Shown in pieces: positions 1 through 8,219 of a DNA stretch of 49,902 nucleotides. How positions within the stretch are numbered: the stretch's first letter is position 1; each line of letters starts with the position of its first letter. A program made the position numbers and the translations under genes. Source of the DNA: Armatimonadota bacterium (lineage in GTDB: Bacteria; Armatimonadota; SYMT01); assembly GCA_046292385.1 (NCBI GenBank), contig JBKBRF010000049.1, positions 1 to 49,902 on the forward strand, written 5' to 3'. Under the pieces are notes generated by a model. That model searched no databases, was not told where the DNA came from, and saw nothing but the letters and a program-made list of their open reading frames with translations.

Positions 1-297
1 ATCCGCCGGAACGGAGCCGGCGGCGAAGAACCCGTGATGTCTTCGGCGCCGTCGGCTCCGTGGGGCTACGTACGGGAGCTACCCTCGAACTTTCCGCTTG
101 ACGCGAAGCATAGAATCTCCACAGCCTGTCCCGGAGTGTTTGTCCCGTCCGTCGAAAGGCGGCAGCCCGACCGAACTGGAGCAACCCTGTGACGGGAACC
201 CAGGAGCGGTGCCGCAGGAACTCGCCGCGAGGCAAGCCCCAGCCCATTTCATCTCCATATCTCCAACCCATCCCCACATCCCCTTTTCTTACACTCC

Positions 298-1704
298 CTA
301 CCGCCCAGCGCTGTACCGGTTTCGGAGCTCGTCGGTGCGGCGGCGGAGTCGCTCCAGGACCGGGCGGTGGGCGAGGTCGTCGACCAGGTTGTGCTCCTGC
401 TCGAAGTCGACCTGGTGGTTGTAGAGCTCCTCGACCACCGGGCTCTGCTCGAACCAGCGGATGTAGGTCCAGCGCTCCGTCCGCACGCCTTCGCTCTTCG
501 GGATGTTCGCCCGCTCGAAGAGGTGCTCGAAGAGGAAGTCGGTGCGCCAGCTCTTCGGCGTGCGGCCTTCCAGCAGCGGGACCAGGCTGCGGCCCTGGTA
601 CTCGCGGGGGACGCGGAGCCCGGCGAGGTGGAGGAGGGTCGGGGCGACGTCGACGTTCAGCGCCACCGGGTCGAGCGCCCGGCCGCGCTCCAGGAGCGGC
701 CGGCGAGGGTCGTAGACGAGCATCGGCACGCGGAGGGAGTGCTCGTAGCCGTACCACTTGTCCGCGAAGCCGCGCTCTCCCAGGAAGTAGCCGTTGTCCG
801 AACTGAAGACGAGAACGGTGTTCTCCGCCAGCCCCTTCCGGGCGAGCGCGTCCCGGATACGGCCGATGGTGCGGTCGACCCCGGTAATCATGCGGAAGTA
901 GCCGCGCACCATCCGCTGGTACTTCTCCGGCTCGTCGAAGCGCCAGTTGTAGCGCACGCGGCTCTCCGTGTTCCGCAGGAACTCCGGCAGCGCCCGGAAG
1001 AACTCCGGCGCCATGGTCCGCGGCGGCGGGTAGACCGCGCTCTCGTAGAGCCCGTCCTCGGTCTCCGGCCAGAGGTACTGCCGCGGATCGCCGTCTTCCG
1101 CGTGGGGCGCGTTGAAGCTGACGGAGAGGCAGAACGGCCGGTCGGGCGTGCTGCCCTCCAAGAACTCGATCGCGCGGTCGCCTTCCAGGTCGGTCAGGTG
1201 CCGGCGGCTGCCGTCGGGGAGCGTCTTCACGTACGGCGTCGGCGAGAGCGGCGCGAAGTAGTCGAACATCCGCTCCTGCTCGCCCGGCTGCACCTGCACG
1301 CCGAACTTGCCGACGAACCCGGTGCGGTAGCCGGCCTCCCGGAGCCGCGCCGGATAGCTGATCTCGGTGTGGCGGCGCTGCATCGGCGGGGTGCCGAAGG
1401 TGAAGCGGTGCGTCCGCTCGTAGAGCCCGCTCAGGAGCGAGGCGCGGCTGGCGGCGCAGATTGGCGTGGTGACGAAGGCGTTCCGAAAGCGGACCCCTTC
1501 CCGCGCGAGCGCGTCCATCTGCGGCGTGCGGACGATCGGGTTGCCCGCGTGGCTCATCGCGTCCCACCGCTGGTCGTCGGTCAGCAGGAAGACCAGGTTC
1601 GGGCGCGCCGGGCGCGCGGCCGGCGCCGCGGAAGCGCTCAGCACGGCGCACGCCGCCGCCACGACCAGCCACACCCCCCGCCACACACTTCTCGCCGCCA
1701 ACAT
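298..1704 (-). CDS. Secreted arylsulfatase-family (formylglycine) sulfatase
   Basis: RPNLVFLLTDDQR, TPICAASRASLLSG (CxxxR), GYRTGFVGKF, SSDNG motifs; signal-peptide-like N-terminus; start moved to ATG 1704 behind a GAGGAGG RBS. Confidence 0.93.
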   Translation of the reverse strand: MLAARSVWRGVWLVVAAACAVLSASAAPAARPARPNLVFLLTDDQRWDAMSHAGNPIVRTPQMDALAREGVRFRNAFVTTPICAASRASLLSGLYERTHRFTFGTPPMQRRHTEISYPARLREAGYRTGFVGKFGVQVQPGEQERMFDYFAPLSPTPYVKTLPDGSRRHLTDLEGDRAIEFLEGSTPDRPFCLSVSFNAPHAEDGDPRQYLWPETEDGLYESAVYPPPRTMAPEFFRALPEFLRNTESRVRYNWRFDEPEKYQRMVRGYFRMITGVDRTIGRIRDALARKGLAENTVLVFSSDNGYFLGERGFADKWYGYEHSLRVPMLVYDPRRPLLERGRALDPVALNVDVAPTLLHLAGLRVPREYQGRSLVPLLEGRTPKSWRTDFLFEHLFERANIPKSEGVRTERWTYIRWFEQSPVVEELYNHQVDFEQEHNLVDDLAHRPVLERLRRRTDELRNRYSAGR

Positions 1705-1808
1705 TCGGGCTTCCTCCTCGCGCCCCCGTTCGGGACGACGGTCGCTCTCTCCTCGGCGGGAAGGAGTGTCCACCGGCCGTGCCGCACGGGGCTGCGGAGG
1801 ACCGGACG

Positions 1809-2837
1809 ATGCAGGGACGCGAGTGGGTGGTCGTGCGCGAGCGGGAGCTGGCCTTCCGCGAGATCGAAGTGCCGGAGCCGGGCGCGGGGCAGGTGCTGCT
1901 CCGGACGGAAGCGAGTCTCGTCAGCGCCGGGACCGAGCTGGCGATCTTTACCGGCATCCACCAGGGCCTGACGAACCCGGACGTCGACTGGCCTAAGTAC
2001 CCCCAGGGCATGGGCTACATGGCGGTCGCGCGGGTGGAGCAGGTCGGCCCCGGCGTGGAAGGCTTCCGGCGCGGCGATCGGCTCCTCACCTCCACCGGCC
2101 ACACCAGCCACCGGCTGCTCGACCTCTCCACGCGTCTGGGTGGGCACCTCTGGCCGCTGCCGGACGACGTGCCCGCACACCGGTTGGTGCTGGCACGGAT
2201 GGGCAAGACCGCTATTACCGCCGTTTGCCAGGCCGGGGTGACCGTGGCGCAGAGCGTGGTGGTGGTGGGGCTCGGCATCATCGGGCAGATGACGCTGCGG
2301 CTCTTCGTGGCGGCGGGCGCCTACCCGGTAGTCGGCATCGACCCGGTCCGGCTGCGGCGGGAGGCGGCACTGCGCGGGGGAGCGGTCGGCGCCATCGATC
2401 CGGCGAGCGAAGAGCCTTCCGAGGCGCTGCAGCGACTCCTGCCCGGCGGGGCCGACATCGTGATCGACGCCACCGGCTGGGCGGAAGCGCTCCCCGGCGC
2501 CCTCAAGCTGGCGACCGAAGGCGGCACCGTGGTGGTGCTCGGCAGCCCCCGCGGAACGGCAAAAGAGGTCGACTTCTACTCCGACCTCCACCGCCGCAGC
2601 CTGCGCGTGGTCGGCGCCCACGACAGCGGCCTGGGGCGGGAGGTGCGCCGGAACTTCCCCTGGACCGACACGCGCGCCGTGCCCGCGCTCGTCCACTGGG
2701 TCCGCACGGGACATCTGCCGGTGGAAGACCTGATCACGCATCACGTCCCGCCGAGCGCCCTCCCGGGGATGTATGCGGGCCTGCTGGACGATAAGGAGCG
2801 CTACCTGGGGGTGGTGCTCGACTGGACTCGGGAGTGA
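1809..2837 (+). CDS. MDR-family (zinc-type alcohol dehydrogenase-like) oxidoreductase
   Basis: SLVSAGTE, GYMAVARV, Rossmann VVGLGIIG, DIVIDATG; ATG 1809 with GGAGG RBS. Confidence 0.88.
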   Translation: MQGREWVVVRERELAFREIEVPEPGAGQVLLRTEASLVSAGTELAIFTGIHQGLTNPDVDWPKYPQGMGYMAVARVEQVGPGVEGFRRGDRLLTSTGHTSHRLLDLSTRLGGHLWPLPDDVPAHRLVLARMGKTAITAVCQAGVTVAQSVVVVGLGIIGQMTLRLFVAAGAYPVVGIDPVRLRREAALRGGAVGAIDPASEEPSEALQRLLPGGADIVIDATGWAEALPGALKLATEGGTVVVLGSPRGTAKEVDFYSDLHRRSLRVVGAHDSGLGREVRRNFPWTDTRAVPALVHWVRTGHLPVEDLITHHVPPSALPGMYAGLLDDKERYLGVVLDWTRE

Positions 2838-2911
2838 GGGGTCCGAAGCGCGGTCACGCAGGACTACTCCCCGGCACGAGGAGCAGTTTGACGGTACTGC
2901 CGCAGCGGAGG

Positions 2912-3061
2912 CGTATTGCGTATCGCGTATTGCGTAGCGGGTAGCTTTCTCCGCTCTGCCTAACGTCGTGCCGGGCGGGAGGCCTCTCAGCGCCTCGCCC
3001 GGCAGGATGCTCCGCCAGGCGGTGCTGGCACGCCGCTACGCAATACGGAATACGGAATACG
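2912..3061. repeat. Inverted repeat whose arms are 7-mer tandem repeats (GCGTATT)n / (AATACG[G/C])n
   Basis: Arms 2912-2940 and 3033-3061 are near-perfect reverse complements, between convergent genes. Confidence 0.85.
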
Positions 3062-3859
3062 TCACGATCGCTTACGGGTGAGCTCGTCGGAGAGGAGCGA
3101 CTCCGCGTCTCCGAATGGGTCGCTGTCGAAGGCGCGGGCGGGATCTTCCGGCTGCTGCTCCTGCTCCTCGTCCTGCTCGATCACGGCGGCGCGGACGATC
3201 CCCTCGGTCTCCGCCTGGACCCGCTCCCTCGACTTCGGCGGCGGAACCGGCCGTGGGGGTGGCGGCGCGGCGGCGCGGGGGCTCGCGGGCGGAGCGGCGG
3301 TACGCTGCCGGGAGGAGGCGTAGAGAAGCACTGCCCCGGCCCAGAGCAGCGCCAGCGCGGCGGCGGCGGCGGCGCTGATCGCGCCGAGCGCGTGGACCAG
3401 CACAGCAACTCCAGCGCCGAGGAGCGCGGCGCCGGCGGCCGGAGCGAACGAAGCGGGCGCGACCGGCGCGGAGACTTCGGCGGAGACGGTGACTTCTGCC
3501 GGAGCCGCGGCGGGGGTCTCCAGGTCGGCCAACCGCTCCAGGTACTCGGCCACGGAGAGGAGCACCTGTCCCAGGGTGCCGTCCTGCTCTCCCTGGCGGG
3601 CCATCTCCACGTAGAACGGCCCGAAGATCTGCGGATGCCGCGCGAGCGCCACGTGCAGCTCGCGGCCGTCTTCCAGCAGGCTCGAGATCTCCCCGGACGC
3701 CGCCAGGATGCGCGCGTCGCCGCTGTGGCTGCTGGCGATCCGCAGCGCCCGCAGCACGTCGACCCCCGCCTGGAGCATCGCCCCGAGCTGCCGGGTGAAG
3801 CTGGCGAGCGCCCTCGGATCGACCTCCGAGATCCGGGCTGACGCGGGTGTCTCCGACAT
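3062..3859 (-). CDS. Single-domain type II secretion F (GspF/PilC-like) protein with TM hairpin and low-complexity tail
   Basis: FTRQLGAMLQAGVDVLRAL...GEQDGTLGQVL matches one T2SSF domain; second domain absent. Confidence 0.8.
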   Translation of the reverse strand: MSETPASARISEVDPRALASFTRQLGAMLQAGVDVLRALRIASSHSGDARILAASGEISSLLEDGRELHVALARHPQIFGPFYVEMARQGEQDGTLGQVLLSVAEYLERLADLETPAAAPAEVTVSAEVSAPVAPASFAPAAGAALLGAGVAVLVHALGAISAAAAAALALLWAGAVLLYASSRQRTAAPPASPRAAAPPPPRPVPPPKSRERVQAETEGIVRAAVIEQDEEQEQQPEDPARAFDSDPFGDAESLLSDELTRKRS

Positions 3860-3886
3860 CGAGCTCCTCTTCCCTACCGTGATTCG

Positions 3887-4981
3887 TTAACCCTCGATCC
3901 CGCACGCGCGCCGGAGGTCCCTCTCCAGCGCCACGTACGGCTCGCTTCCTACCTTCTCCGGCGCGCGCGGAGCTGCCTCCACGACGGCAGTCAGGGCCCG
4001 GCAGCGCTCGATGCGGGCCGCCGATTCCGCCAGCCGTGCCTCCGAAAGCTCCCCCTCCCGCACCGCGCGGCAGACCGCCGCGTGCATCCGCTGCTGCGTC
4101 TCCAGGGAGTGGCAGACCAGCAGCATGTCAGCCCCCGCCTGCAGCGCCAGCACCGCCGTCTCCTCCGGCGTCCAGTGGTCCGCGATCCCGCGCATCTCCA
4201 GGCAGTCGGTCACGACCAGCCCGTCGAATCCCAGCTCCTCCCGCAGGAGGCCGGTCAGGATCCGCCGGGAGAGCGTGCCCGGGCGCTCCGGATCGAGCTC
4301 CCGGAACAGGATGTGCGCGCTCATCACCGCGGGCGCTCCCGCCGCGAGCGCCGCCCGGAACGGCACCAGCTCCACCGCGTCCAGGCGCGCCCGGTCGACC
4401 GCCAGCTCCGGCAGCGCCAGGTGGCTGTCGACGCTCGTGTCTCCGTGTCCGGGGAAGTGCTTCACCACCGGCACGATTCCCGCCTCTAGGTAGCCCGCCA
4501 GCGCCGCGCAGCCGTGCCGTGCCACCCGCTCCGGATCGGCGCCGAAGGAGCGGTTGTTGATCACCGGATTCCGGGGGTTATTGTTGACGTCGATGTCCGG
4601 CGCGAAGTTCACGGTGATCCCGAGTGCCGCCAGCTGTTCCCCGATGGCGCGCGCCGCGGCCTGGGTCGTCTGCGGCTGGTCCAGGCGGCCCAGGCACTCG
4701 TTCGGGACGAAGACGAGACCGGGACGCGCCAGCCGCGCGATGCGGCCGCCCTCCTGGTCGATGCCGATCAGCGGGGAGCGCTTCGCGCGGGCGCGGAGCC
4801 GGGTGGTCAGCGCGGCGATCTCTTCGGCCGTCCCCAGGTTGCGCGGGAAGAGCACGAGACCGCCGACCTGCAGCTCTTCCACCAGCAGGCGGGCGTGGTC
4901 GTTGTAGCCGGCCGGGTCCGGCTCGTCGCCGTCTCCCCAGCCGCACCAGAGCACCTGCCCCGCCAGCTCTTCCAACGTCAC
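3887..4981 (-). CDS. nagZ: Beta-N-acetylhexosaminidase (GH3)
   Basis: IGIDQEGGRIARL, KHFPGHGDTSVDSH, VTDCLEM; GTG 4981 overlaps the upstream stop (GTGA). Confidence 0.9.
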   Translation of the reverse strand: MTLEELAGQVLWCGWGDGDEPDPAGYNDHARLLVEELQVGGLVLFPRNLGTAEEIAALTTRLRARAKRSPLIGIDQEGGRIARLARPGLVFVPNECLGRLDQPQTTQAAARAIGEQLAALGITVNFAPDIDVNNNPRNPVINNRSFGADPERVARHGCAALAGYLEAGIVPVVKHFPGHGDTSVDSHLALPELAVDRARLDAVELVPFRAALAAGAPAVMSAHILFRELDPERPGTLSRRILTGLLREELGFDGLVVTDCLEMRGIADHWTPEETAVLALQAGADMLLVCHSLETQQRMHAAVCRAVREGELSEARLAESAARIERCRALTAVVEAAPRAPEKVGSEPYVALERDLRRACGIEG

Positions 4982-6090
4982 CGCGCGTCCCCTTTCCCCA
5001 CCGTGCGGGCTTCCCGCGCCGCGAAGACCCCCGCCGCCGCCGCCGCGCGGAAGAACAGCTCGTCCTGCTCCAGCGTGCGGCCCATCGTCCGCAGCTCCGC
5101 GCGGTACGGCTCCAGCGCCGCCATCGCGGGGGCGGCGTCGGTCTCCACGCAGTGCCACGCCGCCAGCTCGCGCGCGAGCGCGGGCTCCAGGCCGGCCGGG
5201 ACCGGTACCCGCACCGGCACCCGGAGGCAGCGAAGCAGCGTGCGGGTGTGGTGGCTGAGCCCCTGGTGACGCGGGCGCGGGTCGGCCATGCTGAGCCGCG
5301 GCAGGAGCAGCGCGGCGCCTCCCAGTGTATCGCAGGCGTGGAGCGCCTCGGCCAGCCCCAGCCCGCTGAACCCGTACTCCGTGCCGGTGCCGGCGTTCCC
5401 CGGCCCCTGGGAGACCACTACCAGCTCCGCGTCCGCCGCCGCCTTCGCCGCCGCGAGACCGGAGTAGACGTTGACCGCCTCCAGGTCGCCGCCGAACCCC
5501 TGGCCCACCGTGACCGAGGCGCAGAGGTGGCCGTCCGAGCGGAGGCGCGCGGCGAGGCGGCTGAATCCGAACGGGAGCGCGGCGGTATCGAGCTGGAGCA
5601 GCGCCACGCGCAGGCCCGGCACCGCCCATCGGGCGGCGAGCACCGCCGCCGCCGCCTGGCTGTGGAGCTCCGCGGCGAGGACCGGCATCCGCTCCAGGCC
5701 GGTAAACCGCTCGAGCGCCTGCCGGTGCGGCGACACCTCTTCCTCTACGGAGCAGACCCGCATCTGGAGCGGGGTGTAGCGCAGCTTGAGCAGATGGCCC
5801 GCCTCGCGCCCGGGGAACGAGCCCGCCCCCGGCTCGCCCTCCAGCCGGGCGATCACGAAGTGGACGCCGCCCGTCCCGAGTGAGAGGGCGAGCGCGGTGG
5901 TGTTCAGGAGCACGCGGTCGCCCGGCTGGAGCGCGGGGACCAGGCCGGTATAGGCGACCGCGCGCGCGGCGCGGCCCTCCACCTCCACGTCCCACTCGGA
6001 GCACCCGGCCCGCACCACGCGGCAGGCGCCCAGCACCCCCACCCGGCGCTCCATCGCCGGCGGACCGGGCACGGAATCGGACTCGCTCAC
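4978..6090 (-). CDS. DUF3866-family protein
   Basis: LLNTTALALSLGTGG, GHLLKLRYTPLQ, GQGFGGDLEAVN, GPGNAGTGTEYGFSG; GTG 6090 with GAGGAGG RBS. Confidence 0.8.
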   Translation of the reverse strand: MSESDSVPGPPAMERRVGVLGACRVVRAGCSEWDVEVEGRAARAVAYTGLVPALQPGDRVLLNTTALALSLGTGGVHFVIARLEGEPGAGSFPGREAGHLLKLRYTPLQMRVCSVEEEVSPHRQALERFTGLERMPVLAAELHSQAAAAVLAARWAVPGLRVALLQLDTAALPFGFSRLAARLRSDGHLCASVTVGQGFGGDLEAVNVYSGLAAAKAAADAELVVVSQGPGNAGTGTEYGFSGLGLAEALHACDTLGGAALLLPRLSMADPRPRHQGLSHHTRTLLRCLRVPVRVPVPAGLEPALARELAAWHCVETDAAPAMAALEPYRAELRTMGRTLEQDELFFRAAAAAGVFAAREARTVGKGDAR

Positions 6091-6100
6091 CAGCGCCTCC

Positions 6101-6478
6101 TCATCGGCGGGAGGCCCCCTCCAGCGCCGCGGCCCAGGTGACGAACCGCTCGGCGAGCCAGGCATCCTGCTCCGGCGTGAGTCCGGTCCAGTCCAGGCGC
6201 GCCCGGCCGTTCCGGCACGAGACCACCTCCGCGTCGAACGACTGGCTGCTGCCGTCGAGTGCGTCGACCAGCCGCAGCGGCCAGCGGGTGCCGGGATTGA
6301 CGGGACACGAGAGCATCAGCGACACCCCGGTGCGGCTGACGTCCCGCACGAAGCCCGGCACTCCCTCCAGCACGAGCGGCGGAAGCTCCTCGCGCGGCAG
6401 CACCTCGCGGCGATCCGCCGGAGGCGCCGCCAGCGGGGTCGAGGGACGAGGGACACTTCTCGAATCAGGTGCGGACAC
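6101..6478 (-). CDS. Stand-alone PilZ-domain protein (possible c-di-GMP receptor)
   Basis: DRREVLPR (RxxxR-like) and DVSRTG (DxSxxG), followed by beta-barrel-like EVVSCR; GTG 6478 with GGAGG RBS. Confidence 0.65.
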   Translation of the reverse strand: MSAPDSRSVPRPSTPLAAPPADRREVLPREELPPLVLEGVPGFVRDVSRTGVSLMLSCPVNPGTRWPLRLVDALDGSSQSFDAEVVSCRNGRARLDWTGLTPEQDAWLAERFVTWAAALEGASRR

Positions 6479-6492
6479 CGGGCACCTCCCTC

Positions 6493-7356
6493 TTACACCA
6501 GCGGCAGCGCAAGCTGGGTACCGCTCGTCTCTTCCGCACCAGCCGTCTCCACCACCACCATCGGCTCCTCTCCGAGGCCGGGCAGGTGCAGCGACATCTG
6601 TCGCTCGATAGGCTGGCGCTGCTGGGGCAGCGGCGGGAGCGGCACATCGGTATGCACCGGGCAGACGGAGCGGAAGTCGCACCCCCCGCAGTGGTCTCCG
6701 GAGCACGGCTCCCAACGGCGGTCGGCCGTGATGGCGTTGCCGGTGTCGATGACCCAGTGCGAAAGGTCCGCCATCTGCTGCCGCGTGCGCAGCGTGGTGC
6801 GCGCCACGTTATGACGCAGGAAGTAGAGCGAGAGCGCCTCCGGCCGGATGCCCTGCCCCTCCTGCAGGCCCAGGTAGTAGAGCCCGAGCTGCAGGTCCTC
6901 GTCCACCACCTCCTGCGGGCGCAGGTCGCGGTCCAGCTTGTAGTCGATCACCTCGTAGCCGGAATCGGTGGCGTCGACGCGGTCGATGCTGCCGATCAAG
7001 ACGTGCGGGCCCAGCGGCACGCTGAACTTGTGCTCCAGGTGCACCGGCCGGCATGGCCGCTCCGCGTTCGCCTCGTGGTAGGCTCGCACGATCTCCAGGC
7101 CTTCCCGGTAGTCGGCGGAATCGGCCAGCGCCGGATCCTGCAGCACCCCCCAGGCGGAATCGTAGGCGGCCTTCGCCTCTTCCCACCGCGGCTGGCCGGA
7201 GCGCGCGTAGGTGAGCCAGCGCATCAGGGCGTGGTGGATGTGGCGCGAAGCGCGGAAGAGGCGCCGCGGCCGCCGGGGCAGGCGGTCCAGGTAGGTAAAG
7301 CGGTACCGCAGCGGGCACTGGCGATAGGTGTTCAGCTTGGAATAGGAGAGGCGCAC
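6493..7356 (-). CDS. PD-(D/E)XK nuclease, RecB/AddB/Cas4-like, with probable Fe-S cysteines
   Basis: LSYSKLNTYRQCP, GSIDRVD, VIDYK, QLGLY, C-terminal CGGCDFRSVC. Confidence 0.88.
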   Translation of the reverse strand: MRLSYSKLNTYRQCPLRYRFTYLDRLPRRPRRLFRASRHIHHALMRWLTYARSGQPRWEEAKAAYDSAWGVLQDPALADSADYREGLEIVRAYHEANAERPCRPVHLEHKFSVPLGPHVLIGSIDRVDATDSGYEVIDYKLDRDLRPQEVVDEDLQLGLYYLGLQEGQGIRPEALSLYFLRHNVARTTLRTRQQMADLSHWVIDTGNAITADRRWEPCSGDHCGGCDFRSVCPVHTDVPLPPLPQQRQPIERQMSLHLPGLGEEPMVVVETAGAEETSGTQLALPLV

Positions 7357-7583
7357 GGCTGGAAGTCCTCCTCATCCGCGGGACGCGTAGGCTGCTGCTC
7401 CCGTATTCGCCCCCCGCCCGGGGCGTTCCTCTAGCAGCCGCGCCGGCCCCGCTCGCTAGCCGAGCAACAAGTTCTGAACAATTTTCTTCGCGCAGGCACG
7501 AAACAGGAAGGAAACAGGCGTGACACGGAGAAATGTCCCCCGTCGATAAGGTAACCACCTTAATCCACCAGGAGGGATTGGCG

Positions 7584-7727
7584 TTGGAAGGCTATTGCGT
7601 AAAGTGCCGCGCCAAGAAGGCGATCAAGGATGCCAAGCAGGTCACGATGAAGAACGGGCGCCCGGCTACGGAGGGCGTCTGTCCGGACTGCGGCACCAAG
7701 ATCTTCAAGATCGGCAAGGCAAGCTAA
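7584..7727 (+). CDS. Small basic zinc-ribbon protein (DUF5679-like), 47 aa
   Basis: YCVKCR...MKNGRPATEGVCPDCGTKIFKIG; TTG start 7 nt after GGAGGG. Confidence 0.85.
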   Translation: MEGYCVKCRAKKAIKDAKQVTMKNGRPATEGVCPDCGTKIFKIGKAS

Positions 7728-7851
7728 GGAGACCGCCCGCTCTCGGGCTCGTTTCCCTTTTCCCCGTAACTAACTCACCACACAACACCCGGCATCCGCC
7801 GGCCCCCTGAAAGCCTCTTTCAGCTTCCTCGAACTCAACCCCGAGATCCCC

Positions 7852-7883
7852 GCCCCCGTCTCCCCGACGGGGGCTTTTCTTTT
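7852..7883 (+). terminator. Rho-independent terminator
   Basis: GCCCCCGTC-TCCCC-GACGGGGGC followed by TTTTCTTTT. Confidence 0.85.
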
Positions 7884-7911
7884 CGCACGCCGATCGGCGC
7901 CGCACCGCCGC

Positions 7912-8047
7912 TGGAGTGCGGCACTTGCTCCCGCTTCCCCGCGGCTGTGATCACGACGCGTCGAAACCTGCGACCGCTTGCTCTCGCCCGAGAGCATCCT
8001 ACGGGAACGGCCGGCTCCCCAAAGCGGCAGCGAGCTGCCGCACTCCA
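7912..8047. repeat. REP/REPIN-like inverted doublet
   Basis: TGGAGTGCGGCACTTGCTCCCGCTT (7912-7936) and AAAGCGGCAGCGAGCTGCCGCACTCCA (8021-8047) are inverted copies. Confidence 0.7.
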
Positions 8048-8219
8048 CAGTCCGGCCCGCGAGCTGGTCCCGCCTCGCCCCCGCCCGAGCCCTCGTTCAG
8101 AGCCACGCTGCCCGGCGAGGGAATCGCATCCCCTTGGAGACCGCCCGGTACCCTCCCGCATGCTCACTTACTTCATCTTGCATAACCCCCGGGCGTCCGC
8201 ATCATCGGGTAGCGAGCGA

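Noticed and set aside
120..240. SAM-I, glycine, ykkC riboswitch, SRP or 6S RNA
   Set aside because: Only fragments of each consensus are present (GCAACC/GGTGC; ACCGAA..GGAGCAA), key motifs are missing, and there is no downstream + strand gene.
6493..7356. Cas4 as part of a CRISPR-Cas locus
   Set aside because: No other cas genes or array in the window; best treated as a solo RecB-family nuclease.
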